Of a stretch of DNA of 64,000 nt, positions 52,621 through 63,764 are shown one piece after another (the stretch's first letter is position 1; the number at the start of each line of letters is the position of its first letter). The notes under the pieces were generated by a model that was not told the origin of the DNA, did not search any database, and saw only the letters and a list, made by a program, of their open reading frames with translations. Made by a program: the position numbers and the translations under genes. The DNA is from Patellaria atrata CBS 101060 (taxonomy: Eukaryota), in NCBI GenBank assembly GCA_010093705.1, contig MU006090.1, positions 1,143,817 through 1,207,816 on the forward strand, written 5' to 3'.

Positions 52621-52752
52621 GGTGTGAAGTAGATAGAGGCCTAGGTGTGGAGTAGGTATAACCCCTGGTGTGAAGTTGGTAGAAACCCCGATGTGAAGTG
52701 AGTAGAAACCTTGGGTGAAGTAAAGTAGAACTCCTGGTTTGAAGGAGAACTC
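52621..52752. repeat. Degenerate 23-bp tandem repeat (5 full units plus 1 partial) just upstream of the sPLA2 start
   Basis: GGTGTGAAGTAGATAGAGGCCTA, GGTGTGGAGTAGGTATAACCCCT, GGTGTGAAGTTGGTAGAAACCCC, GATGTGAAGTGAGTAGAAACCTT, GGGTGAAGTAAAGTAGAACTCCT. Confidence 0.85.
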
Positions 52753-54041
52753 GACCTTTATTCTGACGGGAGTTCATTGTGCAGTTGTTGGGCTGGATTT
52801 GTTGCGCTGGTAGCGACTATATCACGACTGCCGTATATATAAAATGGCAACGACATCTTAGGTTCATTTCTGTCTAAGGTACCTCTCTCTTCGCCTTCCG
52901 TGTCCATTCATTAGGTTTGTTTACACAGGGGGTTACCGTTCAACCCCTAAACGGCGTGTCTCTGATATATGTAGCAATATAGGTAGAGATGAGATCAAAT
53001 AAACTTTGTTTCAACCTCATGTCCATTGATCTTTTATTGCCTCTCATTTGTAATTTAAGATGTAGTACCCACATGTCATTCTTATGCTTAACCGTTTTGC
53101 TCCATTCTGCCCTATATCTCGTCTTTGTACTCTCAACTCTCACCGGCGATGGGTCTTTCTCCCCATCTTTCGATCTAATCTCGTCAGCGCAACTAGCTCT
53201 TTTCATAGAAAGCGTAACACAAACCTCCTCTTTACTGCATATTCTACCTTCCTGGACCGGATACTATACAGGCACTAAAATCCCTTCACTCCGTAACCTC
53301 TCCCGTCCCTCCCAGCCTTTGCCGTTGAATCTACACGTGAGTCGAGCCACCATTTCAAACCTAGGAGTAAATGCTGATAGATTTTGTAATGAGGAAAGCC
53401 AGCTCAACTATGTTGGGGACAACATGCACTCCTGATGCAGGTGCGAAATGAAGTCCCAATGACTTGGACACTAGGAAGTTGCTTGAGCCAAAAAGTCTGA
53501 GTCAAAGGCAAAATCATCACTATCAGGATGTCAGGATCTTACCCCTTGATCACACCTATTACCCAGTCATCTCCACAGCATCCGTACCATATGGGCATAC
53601 TATTCAGATACAGTCAATAAAGGTCTTGTTGTTTCCAGCGTACAGTCATTCAGAGCCTGCTTTGTGCACGAGTGTCCAGTATGCCAGCAATATATGAGAA
53701 GAGAATTTCCACCTTCCAGTCTATCATTGGGTATTAATACTTCAAGTAACTTCCGTGTACTACAGTTCTGTACCCTCGTGCTACATCATTATGAAATAAA
53801 CTAGAAGTGATGTCTGATTACTGTCATAGAAACGACACAGTCACATTTTGAGGCTCAGTCAGTAATGTCCAAATCATCCATCTATGAGTCTACACCTCTA
53901 AAATCGTCCCTTCTTCGAGAAAGATAGCACGAAAGAAGATCGAGTCGGAGATGTAGCGCCAAGTCATCTCTAATACTTAAGCCCTTACCCTCCTACATTA
54001 CCCTCCTTTACCTTCCTACCTCACCATCCTCAACCTTACTC

Positions 54042-54506
54042 CTATCTCCCATAGTTCTTAGGATATTTCGACCCAGACACGACCATCTCGAATGCAGATT
54101 TACCTCCTCCCCTCACTCCACCTCCCACAATGCTCTCCCCCACCCTCATAATTCTATCCCTCACCCTCCCCACCTCCACCTCCTCCCTCAACTTCGCTCG
54201 CTGAGCCTGGAGCAAGCCATCCCCCCAATTATTCACGCACCCAGATATCTACCAACCGCCCATAAGGGGCTACTTTGACGCCAAACTGCAGGCCAGCATC
54301 GTAAGCTGCGCCGACCCGAGCAGCACCGAATGCGTCAACTTCAAGGAATGTGGGTAACATAAGTTCCTCGCGGTACAGACGTCGAGTAAGACACCGTGCA
54401 CGATTTTCAGGTAAGCTCAAACTCGATTCGATGAGAGGGATCGGAGACGGGGGCTGATTAAGGGGTTCGTGGGAAGAATTGTGTGGGGAGGGGACCGATG
54501 CCTATG
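54042..54506 (-). pseudogene. Possible decayed small gene (lost start, frameshift)
   Basis: Two overlapping short ORFs in different frames. The upstream frame is open back to ACA-TAG-GCA with no ATG. TATAAAA lies ~25 nt upstream. Confidence 0.25.
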
Positions 54507-55037
54507 TCTGAGAAGAATGGGGGTTTTATAGGGATGTGTCGAGTTTGAGGTGTTTTCCCCGGCTTATGATGGTTAGAGATGGGTGGGTGTGTTTCGATGG
54601 TTATTGTGCTGGACGTGGGTTTTAGGTAGGGGTGGTGAGTCTGGGTGGGATTTAGAATGTGACAATATATGTTTATTATGTTTGTATCTTAGCTTGGTGT
54701 CTTAACTCAACCAAGATACACCGACTTCCCTTTTGCAGTTCTCATTCGTCTGCTCTTGCGCCTGACGAACAAACTGCTTGAGACTCTACGAATCGATCAA
54801 CTCCGACTAGGGCTTCCAAGTACGTTTGACCCTTGACTAAGCGGTCGGGGACAACATCGTTGACCAGCGCACAATAACTAGGAGAGAGATGATTAGATCT
54901 TATATATCTAAATTAGAAACATGAAACAGAGAGATCCCGTTATACCATTTATCCTAAATTTTCACCATAGGGTCAACCTACCTAATCCACCACAACACAT
55001 TCTACCACAAATAATTCCCCAAACCCCACTACCAGCC

Positions 55038-55550
55038 CTACCTAAGAGACTTAGAAGACCTCGCGCGCCCTCCAAGCCACGGGACGCTCACCAAATCCAG
55101 CGTCTGCGGCCCGATATACATCTGGCTCTCCTAGCGACAGCACAGTCGCCTATTTCCCTCGTCAGCTCCAAAACCGCAACAAAGGGAGGTGGAGGTGACG
55201 ACATACCACTAGTGATACTGGAACGACCAAGAGATGCGCTTGGGGGTCTCGACGTACGCCCATCTCCTCTCGAGGTGCGGGCCCCCGGTCTCGTTGAGAT
55301 AGAGCGTGTCTATCGAGTGGCAGACGTTGAGGGGGCTTTGCTGCTTTGTGCAATTTACTGCGCCGCGATAGGGTGGCCCGCAGCCTAAGAGATAGAAGGG
55401 AGATGTCCATGCTCTGGGTTATATTTCTTTACGCTGGGGATTGAGGGAGTGGTGGGGGAGAGTTGTGTTGAGAGAATTGGTGGGGTGAACGGAAGGGAAT
55501 AGGGGGATTGTGGAGAGGAGGAAGAAGAGGAAGAGGAGAAGTCGGGTCAT
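55038..55550 (-). pseudogene. Small secreted Cys-containing protein gene with in-frame TAG codons (or an intact 97-aa gene with a 3'UTR intron)
   Basis: Signal peptide MTRLLLFLFFLLSTIPLFP; introns 55385-55432 and 55150-55206 (GTATGT...GCTGAC...TAG); TAGs at 55209, 55131 and 55038. Confidence 0.5.
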
Positions 55551-58500
55551 GTGTCTTGATTTGGTTTGGGTTTCGTAGTATGGTTTTCTGATTACTTGGA
55601 AGGATTTGGTAGGAAAGTATTGGAGGACTGTGAGAAGGTGGATTTTATGAGTAGGAATATTTGAGCGGTAACCGACAAGTCACGATAACTGGAATGAGCG
55701 TGGATTAGGTGTCAGACACAAAGGGAACGAATCCATGTGGCAAAGACAATTAGTAATATGTGATAGCTATAGGGGACGTATGCATGTGGTTTCGAATTCA
55801 GAATTGGTGGTCAATTGCTTTGTACAAAGATCAAATGACACTGGGAGATCTGCAGGATATTCCTTGAAGAGAAAGAATAACTAGACCATCACTTACCTAC
55901 CAACCTACGTATTCCTTCAACTGACACTCACTGTACCTGTATTAGCTTACAGTCCATCGCTACATCTCTATCCTCCCCTCGGGGGACTTATCACCAGCAA
56001 GATCATCCCACGACAATACACATCGGCTTCCTATCCACCCGTTCCGAACCACTGATACCACTGGCCTGTGCAGATCCCTAATCTAATTTCTATACACATC
56101 CCCTGCGTTTCCTAAATGTCAACTACAAGTCCAGCCGACGAACTACTGTATGATGGAGAAAACAGAAACATGCATCCCTCTCATAGCGCCGTTACTAGAC
56201 TCGGAGCGGCCGTGCGCAAAGTGACACCGTGTAGTCAGGCGCCTGGTCGAATACAGTTACTCCTGCTAAGGCTACGGTTAGGAACGGGCGAGGAGCGATC
56301 GTCAGCGAACCTAGCTAAGCATGACCCTAGAGGAACGACTTCAATCGGGTTTGCTTAAGGGTGAGGGAGTATCCGCGGGATCGAATCAAGTGGAAGGTTA
56401 TGTTCGCGCAACGGGCGGGTATGAATCGTTGTTTAGGTTACTAACGGGTCGGATATCGAGTCATTTAGGTTAAAGCTTATTACCCTTATTACCCTTCTTA
56501 AACTCAGGGCGTCATTCGAAGAAGATACCTCATATCGTATGGTTCGGCAGGTAAATGTCGGCAAATTACCGTTTTTGTTGTATGCGTACCGTGGTTAGAT
56601 CTGTCGCTAGTAGTTGTCGCTAGGACCAGATCAAGTGTGAACAGACGACGTGACAAGAGGAGGTAGCTGATAACAGAGATGTCAACCGTTTGGTGAACAT
56701 GGGGAAGTTAGTGAAAAGGAACGGGTTAGTCGTCGGGAACTACGTCTGTATCCTTAGGTGGACGTGAACCGTGAAGTACGAGAAGTCGATTAAGGCAGAT
56801 ATGAATGAAAGGATATATGAATGACTGAGGGAGTGGCCGCACAGTTGGGGACCTAAGTTAAGTAGACAGAAGCACGTACAGTAGCGGGGACTCCACTAGC
56901 TATCTGACGATCCTTACATCGTGGCTACAGAAATAGGGGTGGCGTTTAGGGGTAAGCGGAAAGTCCGCACTAAAGATCTCCATCCGTAAGATTCACAGCT
57001 ACCATCAGTTTTGACAGCAACAACCTAATAATTTAGAAGATGTTCATATTGAAGATGTTTGACATACCTTGACATACCTTGACAACCCCTCCAAACACAT
57101 TTTCCAGCTTAGCCAATGTCTGGGAATAGTTTGACTTGTGCATCCCACACATATCTCACCGCCCTAACATCCCGTCTCACCTTCTCATACACACATCCAC
57201 ATCCCAATACCATGAGCCCTTGGGGATCTATGCGCACGCTCTTCCCCAATAGCAGCACGCGTTGCTGTTGCACAATTCGTTCGATCGCGCTTAGTCCACA
57301 TTCCAGCCCTGAAGCCAGCATCGTCAATCGCTGCAAGCAACCACCTGCAACGCACATCTTGAGCTGCTTGTCAGGGCGTGATAGCAGTCAAGATACTAGC
57401 CATAAAGATCGGAGAGCGCGTACATTGGCGTTAGAGAGCAAAGTTCGACCTTAGCGGCCAGCGGAAGGGAGGGAAGAAGGGGGAAAAGTTGTCCCTAGGG
57501 TACCAAAGTTCACCATGATGGGGGACTGAAAAAGAGCACGCAGTCATTTCAGGATCAGGGATGAATCAAGCTATCGCTTACTGACTGTTTCTAGTGTCGG
57601 GTGTAAGTACGTGGCCGTGAGCCGGGAGCCTGCATGTGGATCGTTTGGACCATCTAAAACCCCACAGATTAATCTTGACGTCTTTTCGACTGAGGGAATT
57701 CTAAATTTCGGTACTTTAACCTAGTAGCTGTGGCGTTTGTCTTCAGCATTTTATACGTTTTCGTAGAACTGCGTGCAACCTCGTCCGTTTACACATTGGC
57801 ATGATGGCTGTTGCATATGGGAGCAGTCAAGATACCATCAGCCACTTGACGTTACTGCCATCTCTTCTTAGTTCTGTACAGCGCCTATAGCCACGTCACA
57901 CAATGTGGTCTTCAAATAGTCGGCATAAGCCTTTAGTACATCGACTTGTATGCTCCCGCTATCTGACATATGCAGTCCGGCGATCAATTATCACAGCCGC
58001 ATGGACTTTGTGGACCACTCAAGTAAATCTTCTTGGCAATCAAGCTTCTGTTTTCAGCCCCTTGGGTGCTCAGACGAAACCGTGGGGAGAATTTGACCTT
58101 TCCTATTTCGGTGTTCTTATTGGTATTGGAAATCAGCCCAGGAATGCTGCCCACGATCGAGGTCTGTGTAACATTCATTCCTCTAGCAGACTGGATCCTC
58201 CGACGGCCACACTAATGCTCGATAAGTTACCCAGAATGAGCTGTGCGAAAATCTAGCCGTCTAACTGTGGAAATGCGGTAAGCTGTCTGTATGGAGCCCT
58301 CGTTCGCTGTTGCATCAGTGGGTTACTCAATACATAGCTAACGGCGGTTACAGAATTGACGTTAGGGATATTGTATTGGTATAACTGCCCTACACCATGG
58401 TTGTGGCGTTTGAATAGCGTAATTTAAAGGACGGTAACCGTGTAAACCGTTTTTGTTTCCGAATAGCACTTTGATATGACTGGATGATGACTAGATTTTG

Positions 58501-58745
58501 ACGATGATGGACTTTCGACACATTCAATCTTAATAAATCCAGCTATTCCCATCACACTAGGCTATGATTCGTTCGTTGTTCATGTAAAACCGGACGGATA
58601 GCGTCCAAAGTGGGCCTGGTTCGGGCAGAGGAAGAGAACTACGGATGCGGTATCCAAGAGGCCGTGTTCAGTAACAGTTCCTCGTCAATGTCTGCCGCCA
58701 GTTAACAGACTCGATACAAATACATCACCTAGTTCCCCTCTGTTA

Positions 58746-58830
58746 GACAAAGAACTTTTCACTGGTACAGCTTTCGGAGATTTTCATTTGCCTCCCCTGA
58801 ACCTATTCTTCACATCTGAGTGACAAAGAA
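58746..58830 (+). promoter_or_regulatory. Two GACAAAGAA candidate HMG-box (TR-box-like) sites upstream of the HMG gene
   Basis: Exact 9-mer at 58746 and 58822; resembles the reverse complement of the Ste11 TR box TTCTTTGTTY. Confidence 0.35.
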
Positions 58831-59470
58831 TCTAACCCTTCTTGAAACACACAACTCCAAGACAACATCATCGATAGCGAATCTTTGACAGCGTCAATTG
58901 ATTGTATCGTTTACGGCCCGTGTGCTTAGAGCCAGGAACAGTGCAATTTTTGGAAGTTTGTTTAGTCGTAGAGACGGGTAACTGCAAAATCTCCTTGGTA
59001 AGATTCGCCAGTCTATCCACGCTAGAATTTTGTATGCATGCAACGCCAGACGAACTTTGCAAACCTAAACAGCTGTCTTTGCTACATGCACGATTCTGCA
59101 AAGTAACACTTTCATGTTGCTGACACTCTTTCAGATCATCTTTAAAGAGCAAAAGGAGAGTTCCTGGAAGTGGTCGAAAACGCATCACGCTTCGAAGCGG
59201 CGAATTGGACACCTGACTACACTCCCGAGGGGAACCGCTACCTTCTGGGCCAACCTGACCGCTTCCACGTTATTGCATCACGGATATCAATTCGGTAGAC
59301 GTTGTAGGTTGACAACAGAGCGGTAGTGCGTGATCCTCCACTGGTCCTTTAAAGAGAGTCCCGCGAGAGCATTAAACCTTCTTCCTCAAAGAAACAACCT
59401 CAAAGGCAATCACTCATCGAAGCAATAGCCTCATCAAAGCGCATTATCGTATAGTTTACAACATCTGGTT

Positions 59471-61088
59471 ATGTTGAAAACAGCGACAATGGTCGAGCAC
59501 CCACCAACGCCACCTGCAAGCGATTATCCACATCTTCACCACAATGACACCCACGCAAGCCCGCAATATGGGACTGTCAATAATCACTACGCGCAAGTTA
59601 AGGGGGAGACTTCGTATAGCTCACCGGCTTCGATGATCCTGGAGAGTAGACCTGCGTATCCCGGTCAACAGTACACAACTGGGCATTACCCGGAGTTACA
59701 TGAGCAAGTCAATGTAGGACTTGGTATCCGATACGTAAGTACATTGATCTTCTAAAAAAGACATGAGATAAGCTGAACCTCTCGATAGGACGGCCAACAC
59801 ATATACCAGACTGAGGAGACCTACCCGTACAACGGGATGCACCACGTAAGTGTGATAAGCCCTCGAAGAAAATGTGGAACGAGCTAATCATATCCCTCAG
59901 TACAACCCGTATGATCATCGTAATAGCTCGACGGGTACACTGAGATCATCTTCACCCGGTGATAGTCGCCGGACAAGAAGTGGTAGGAAAATCGGACGAG
60001 CCGATTCGCCCTTAGCGCCTGCGAGAAGTCCCAATCCGAAAGAACCAAAGGTGAAGAGACAGAAGATCGGCAAAGAGAAGCCGAAGACACCAAAGCTCAC
60101 TGCACCACTTAGTATCCTTACGAAGGATTACGACAACATACCTGTTCGTGACATGGAGGAATGGGTTAACAGGCCAGTGGAAGTTCGGAAGAAGGAGGTC
60201 GAGAAACGCAATGGTTATGTGACCAGGCCAATGAATTCCTTCATGCTGTACCGATCAGCATTTGCTGAACGGACCAAAATGTGGTGCTTACAAAACAACC
60301 ATCAAGTTGTATCTTCCGTTTCGGGAGAGAGCTGGCCGATGGAGCCACAGGAGGTTCGAGACCAGTACAAGGAGCTGGCTAAGATCGAGAGGTTGAATCA
60401 CCAGAACGCCCATCCAAGCTACAAGTTTTCCCCGAGCAAGGCTGGACCTGCGCGCAGGAAAAAAGACATGTACAGCGACGAGGAAGAAGAGCCGAGTGAT
60501 CTCGAGGATCCTGATGGAGATTGGGGTCCTCCAGGTGGACAAGGAAACCGCAAGCGTAGGAGGCCTGGAAAGGAACCTGGTTATCCTTCTAATGCTCATG
60601 TGCATTTCGATAACCCCGATGATGCATCAAGGTTATCTGACTGGGAATATGCGAATCATCAAGGTCGGATCCACCCTGCGCATATGGAGCATCCTGAGAT
60701 GTACCACCAGTACTATCAGCATACTGCAGTTCACCAGTACTCTCCAGAGTATAACCAACACTCAGATCAATATAAAGGATATCCATCTGACCAGGGCATG
60801 ATGTTCTCAAACCAGTCTCTGATCGGTCTTCCCGGCGGTAACCACCACGAACCACTGGAGATGGGCTCCTACACAAATAGCCCTATGATGCATGAGAGCC
60901 AAGTGGATCCGCTACTACTTAGTTTTGATCAAGGTTCGTACGAGCATGATGGTCATGCAACTGGTCCTGAGTACACGGAACCCGCTATGCCTCATTACAC
61001 TGCTCCTGAGTGGAAAGTCGACCAGAGCGTTTCTCCAATCGAGCAAGGTTCAGAATTCGACAAGTGGATGGATGATAACCATGAATAG
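59471..61088 (+). CDS. MATA_HMG/SOX-type HMG-box transcription factor, 3 exons, ~502 aa
   Basis: VTRPMNSFMLYRSAFAERTK...NHQVVSSVSGESWPMEPQEVRDQY...HPSYKFSP. Introns 59735-59788 and 59846-59900 keep the frame. Confidence 0.93.
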
Positions 61089-61855
61089 CATTCTATCAAG
61101 ATTCATTTCCGTTGAGGCAGAGCAATTCGAGTTCCTTTTATTGTAGGAATGGGGTCACTGTTTGTAGTATCCTGTATCGGGACCGGTATCCGCGTGTGGA
61201 GTGCTGTGATTACCAGCTATATAGGTGTATTTGGGGGCATGTATAGCATCTATTGGTTAGGGCATTTGGTAGTTTGGTTACTTTCGCACAGTCTCCGTTT
61301 GGTATCTGATCCAAGACGGTTTTGTCCCTGTCCTTGGCTGCTTGTAATTGTTTCGACATCTGACACCTCTCGGCACTGTTTTGCTTGCGATATAGCTCCT
61401 TTGCTATCTGCTTCAGGTGGTATTCTTCATTCTCTATCCTTGGTGGCGTTATAGATACCTTTGTCCATAGGAATAGAGTTCATCAATAATCCAAAGAATG
61501 GGGAATTATACATGAACTGAAGTTCCTGAGACTCGATTGCCAACATCACACTGAAAAAAGGTTTTGAGCTTCGATCCGCGCGTGCATGCCGGTATGATAA
61601 GTTGTTTGTTTCTCATCAGTTAGTTTTGATTCATAGTCTGAGCACCTTTGAGATGAGAGAGGGATCAAGTTGTCTGTTATCAAACTGATCGTCGAATAGT
61701 TCCCAGGGCACATCCTTGGCACACTAATCCCGTCTGGAACCGTGCACCAACCTGTAATCCAAGCTCAAAGAAGTCGTGACATCGACGATATTTACTATCC
61801 TGTACAAACGCCTATAACTCCAACCCCTCCCATAAGATCTCTACCTTCTCGCAGA

Positions 61856-62585
61856 ATGGGTTTCACCTCCAACTTGTTCAATCTCGTCGGACTCGTTCTG
61901 CTAGGCCACGCGTAAGTTCCCTTCCCCGAATTCCAACACATCAGCAGCATACTCGAACAATTATTACCCCAAACGTGGTTGGCCATCTGAGTCCGCCTCA
62001 CTGCGTACTCTTCCAGCCGGACATTCTTCTGAGAAGCGCATGTTCTTCACTGGGCATGTGCATATCGAGAAACCAAAGTCTACCCGTCCAATCACTTTCA
62101 AAACAACTATCCATCGTCCATTGCTAACCGGGTCTTCAAAAGCGTCTACTCTGCCCACGAGCACTCCTCCCAAAACCCCCTTCACCTTCCATCCTCTCCC
62201 CCTTCTTTCTCTCCCCTTACTACACCAACCAGTACCACCTCCCTCCCAACAGATATCGTTCTCGAAACCCTCTTCTCCGTCCTCCTCATCAGCACAGGCA
62301 TCGTTCTCGGCTCCTCCAGTCTCCGACCAATCCAATGGTCAAAATGGGCCGGACAGCTCGAGAGAGAGGAGAGGGTGAAGAAGAGTGTGAAGGAGATTAG
62401 AGAAGGGACTGGGAATCCGTATCGGATTCTAGAGGAAAGGCCGGGGTTTGTGGATGTTAGGGTGAGTTATCGTTTTCCGGGAAGGGAAGGGAAAGGGTTA
62501 TTGATGAGGGCTAATGTGTGTTTAGGGGAAGAGGAAGGAGTTTATGGAGTGGGTTAGGAAGGGGGATGACTTGGCGGCGAAGTAG
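61856..62585 (+). CDS. EMC5: ER membrane complex subunit 5 / MMgT family, 144 aa, 3 exons (not recovered as a gene by the ORF track)
   Basis: Exons 61856-61911, 62143-62461 and 62526-62585 give MGFTSNLFNLVGLVLLGHAVYSAHEHS...LPTDIVLETLFSVLL...LRPIQW...LEERPGFVDVRGKRKEFMEW; 435 nt in total. Confidence 0.92.
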
Positions 62586-62888
62586 ACGAGATGCTGCGGG
62601 TTGGTGAGTTTGCCTTGAGTGCTCAATCCAATATCGACTCGACTAACAAATATCTTAGGGCACAACATCGCTCATAACTCCGGAATAGAAGTACATAAAC
62701 CTATAGAGCGATATGAGATACCATGCAAAATCATGATTCGTTCATCATATCTACTGTTACAGGTAGATGGTCTTTTACCCATTAACCCAGGATATGTATA
62801 GTACAACGCAGTATTCTTGACCTTCAGAACTCCCGCTCGAATGCTTCAAACGTAATCATGTCGCCTCGTATAAATTTTCTCAGAGTGT

Positions 62889-63764
62889 TCAGCAGTTGAT
62901 ACTCCTGGAACTCTCGCAACGCTGGAACTTCTTCACATGCACGGAGCCTCCATCCCTCTGGATCTTCTCTTCGACGTCTTCTCCCTCCTTAGGCCTCTCC
63001 CCGCCTACGTACCATGCGGCCGCACATATGATCTCCTTAACAACCTCCAGTTCCTCCTCGTCCCTAGGTGCGTACACCATGATAAAGAAATTAGGCACAA
63101 AGCGACTGAGCCAGCCTCCTTTCGCAAGCGGATGACGTTCTCCCCATCCCTTCTCCAACACAATAGCGACATCAGCAGGGTGCAATGTCAGATGTAAAGA
63201 GCCATCACTTGGGTGTGCATGACAGATCTCTCCATTGCAGGTCAACGCAATCGGTGATGTGGAAAATAGTCCTGTACTATTCTTCTCAAAGCATGACGTT
63301 CCAAGCTTCATTTGGTTATTCTTCTCTCTCGCAAACTGGCTCACAGCATCACATAATTGTTGGTATGCCTTCTCTCCACCTTTTTGGGTGGTCTGCCGAT
63401 GCGGGGCGATACCACGGACCTCCGGACGGGGTCCTTTACGGGACTTCTCTAGGGTAAGTACGCCCTTTTGGGGACGGCAGCAACGTGGGACATTAGGTGG
63501 TTCGTACGGATTGGATAGGGCGAAGATGGAAAGAAATCTGAGCTTGAGGTAGCCGAGGGGTGTTTGAGGTGTACCCCCCGGCCCGAGGGACATGAAGGAT
63601 TTATAGTCTACGTGGATTAAATAGAGGACGGGAATTGAGAGGACCGAAATCGCTATTTGAACGATGGGATTGAAGCCATGGACGCCATGAAGGCCGTCTG
63701 GAGATGAGGATAGGTGTTGGATGGATAACTGATCCCTTGGACAATGAGAGTTTAGACACTCCAT
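62889..63764 (-). CDS. Fungal luciferase-like (DUF5519/Luciferase family) protein with an N-terminal TM segment
   Basis: DYKSFMSLGPGGTP, RPEVRGIAPHRQ, GEICHAHPSDGSLHLTLHPAD...KGWGERHPLA, and MVYAPRDEEE motifs. First ATG at 63764. Confidence 0.85.
   Translation of the reverse strand: MECLNSHCPRDQLSIQHLSSSPDGLHGVHGFNPIVQIAISVLSIPVLYLIHVDYKSFMSLGPGGTPQTPLGYLKLRFLSIFALSNPYEPPNVPRCCRPQKGVLTLEKSRKGPRPEVRGIAPHRQTTQKGGEKAYQQLCDAVSQFAREKNNQMKLGTSCFEKNSTGLFSTSPIALTCNGEICHAHPSDGSLHLTLHPADVAIVLEKGWGERHPLAKGGWLSRFVPNFFIMVYAPRDEEELEVVKEIICAAAWYVGGERPKEGEDVEEKIQRDGGSVHVKKFQRCESSRSINC

Noticed and set aside
52621..52752. CRISPR-like array (also considered for 44851-44970 and 14054-14156)
   Set aside because: Contiguous degenerate tandem units with no unique spacers, no cas genes, and a eukaryotic context.
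59471..61088. Mating-type locus (MAT1-2-1)
   Set aside because: No intron within the HMG box, no APN2/SLA2 flanking genes, and the sequence fits a non-MAT HMG factor.
61964..62557. ORF-track proteins at 61964-62335, 62040-62378 and 62375-62557
   Set aside because: Antisense, off-frame or partial shadows of the spliced EMC5 gene.
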